Position numbers and translations under genes: made by a program
In this document: positions 7,148-9,011 of the stretch, in pieces
How positions within the stretch are numbered: the stretch's first letter is position 1
How the letters are laid out: each line of letters opens with the position of its first letter
Notes under the pieces: model-generated
Seen by the model: only the letters and a program-made list of their open reading frames with translations
Database searches by the model: none
What the model was told of the DNA's origin: nothing
NCBI GenBank assembly: GCA_051294375.1
Contig: JBJCIZ010001465.1
Coordinates: 1 to 9,011 of the forward strand
Direction of reading: 5' to 3'
DNA: 9,011 bases
Origin: Paraspadella gotoi
Lineage: Eukaryota; Animalia; Chaetognatha

Positions 7148-8430
7148 CTGAAAGAAAAAGGACATTGACGAAGGACGGCGAAAGAAATTGTAAGAGATAG
7201 AAACTGAGAACTTGTAAGAGAAAAAGTTGACGCAATGACGCAAACGATGCAAATAGTGGACAGTTCTGGTGGTGGGAAAAATTGCCTGACGATCGAAGAA
7301 ATTGTCTTGCATCTTTTTTTCTTTTTTTTATTAAAAGGTAGGTTCGACAAAACGCGTTTGATTTTCGTGTCAGAAGACGAAAACAAGTGAAACATGGAAA
7401 AACAAACGCAAAAACAACAGAGTTTTTGTTCACGATCGTTTTGGGATAATAATTAATTTGAAGAAATTTGTAATAAAAAACTTAGTTTGAATAAAATGTG
7501 AATGAGATCAGAGGAGAGAGGGGGGGAAAAAGAAATCTGAGTGAAATAAAACTTTTCTCTTGAATTTCAGCCCCATATAAATTATAGAGAAAAAAAAGAA
7601 GAAAATGCGGAAAAGAAAGAGAAGGAAGGCTATTAGTCAAATGGGAAGTTCTCCCACCTGGAGATCCGTTGAGAGGAAAATGGAGAAAAGGTGGAAGAGG
7701 AAGAGGAAAAAGGAGATCCGCTGGAGGGGAATGATCTTGAGAATGGAATCGGGATCGAAGGCGAAGAGGTGGGGGTAGATTGAGGTGGTAGGATTAGGGT
7801 AAGCGCGTGGGGTGAGTTCGGCTGTAGTGAGCCTGAAGAAGAGAATTTTTCTTTTGACGACTTGAAAGGATTAAAGCTGGTTTCGGGGGAGTTGTCGCAA
7901 AGGAAAAGAACTGGAAGACATTCAGAAGTAGTAGTAGTTTGGTTTTTCAAATTCAGCGTTCTACTGTTTCTACTTATTGGATGTGAGAAATACGTACTTC
8001 CGAAAGTTTTAAATGTCGAATAATAAACGATAAACATGTTATATTCATTCTTCCATTGAAACAAAAAAGGAATGACCCGCACCCTTTGCTTTGACAGAAT
8101 CCTCTCGTAACGCGGGGTGCGAGGCGGGGTGAGCGAAATTCTTAACAGGGTCGAGATGAAAGAAAACAGCGCGACCCCAATTACAGAGAGGAGCAATCGA
8201 GTTGGAGGAAAGGGAGGCTGGGGGGGAAGGCGGGTGGGACGCAGAAGAGGAAGAGGAAAGGGTGGGCGGAGGAAAAGGAGGAGGAACCGCGTAGCGCGAG
8301 CTTTTAAAAATGAGCTGATCGGCGGAGGATCGGCTGGGTAAAAAAAAAAAACCACTAATGGGGTCAGGAAAAGAAAAAAAAGGACGGCGCCGGTGGGAAA
8401 CGAAGGCCTTACGCCCTAAAATGTGCGATC

Positions 8431-8431
<1 letters not shown>

Positions 8432-8480
<49 letters not shown>
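8432..8480 (+). repeat. (TC)n microsatellite, about 21 perfect units plus a short imperfect tail
   Basis: Direct reading: tctctc... from 8432 to 8474, then ttctct, followed by ttatAG. Confidence 0.97.
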
Positions 8481-8481
<1 letters not shown>

Positions 8482-9011
8482 TATAGTGGCGAATTTGTCA
8501 ACGAGAAATAAGAATTAAGCTCGGATCATGGTGGCAGAAAGAACTCATCTCAGAAATGGTTCCTTTGAAAGTGTGAATTACTGTGAATTAGTGTAAGAAT
8601 ACGAATATCAGTCTTTAAATAACTGGAAAGAAATAAATTAATTAATATCTCCGAATATACCAAGTACTACCAAATTAAGAATGAGGATCGCAATACAACT
8701 AAATTTAAAATAAGAATAAATAGGAATAACGAAAGTCTAAAAAGCATAGAAAATAAAAAAAGGCCTTACCAAAAAGATAAATATTCGCCAGGTGTCGCCG
8801 CTGAAATGGGAGAATGGAAAATAAACCAGCGTCAGGAGACGAGGAAGAGAATTGAAAATTCCCCGGCAACGGGCGCCGATCTATGAGGATGGAATTCTGA
8901 GCGCCTCTAGCGGAATGAAAATTTATCGTTTAAACCAAAAGCGGAAAGGAAAAACTGGCGTCAGACAAAGAATCATTCCAACGAAAAAAATGTATTTATA
9001 TATAAAAAAAA

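Noticed and set aside
6456-7433. Long minus-strand ORFs (264, 190, 94 and 88 aa)
   Set aside because: They are largely translations of the 23-bp repeat and its purine-rich flank. The period is not a multiple of 3, several frames are open at once, and the I/S/F/H/L-rich products reflect base composition.
8117-8341. Arg/Gly-rich protamine- or RGG-like ORF
   Set aside because: Explained by G/A-rich low complexity, with no ATG start and no splice support.
9001-9011. Poly(A) tail or retrocopy end
   Set aside because: It is only a short A run at the window edge, and similar runs occur throughout the window.

Overview
This window looks like eukaryotic, probably invertebrate, genomic DNA rather than prokaryotic DNA. 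It is AT-rich, shows no obvious CpG depletion, and is full of (GA)n/(TC)n microsatellites and homopurine/homopyrimidine tracts, plus one ~23-bp minisatellite array (~6430-7147). The text is indel-rich, like an uncorrected or poorly polished long read. The supplied ORFs are mostly low-complexity artefacts. Reading across frame shifts reveals a spliced plus-strand gene that the ORF track misses: an extracellular-type leucine-rich-repeat (LRR) protein of the 'typical' 24-residue class, LxxLxxLxLxxNxLxxLpxxxFxx. At least six exons are recognisable (about 2988-3152, 3632-3773, 4423-4581, 5254-5385, 5513-5730 and 6230-6291). Several have canonical AG/GT splice sites, and most adjacent pairs join in LRR register. 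Weaker upstream candidates (signal-peptide-like, LRRNT-like and first LRR) lie at 1-781. I see no CRISPR array, RNA gene or recognisable mobile element, and no firm evidence of a novel biological system. The most speculative lead is GA-rich intron 5' ends paired with CT-rich 3' ends. All peptides were stitched by eye and need frameshift-aware confirmation.
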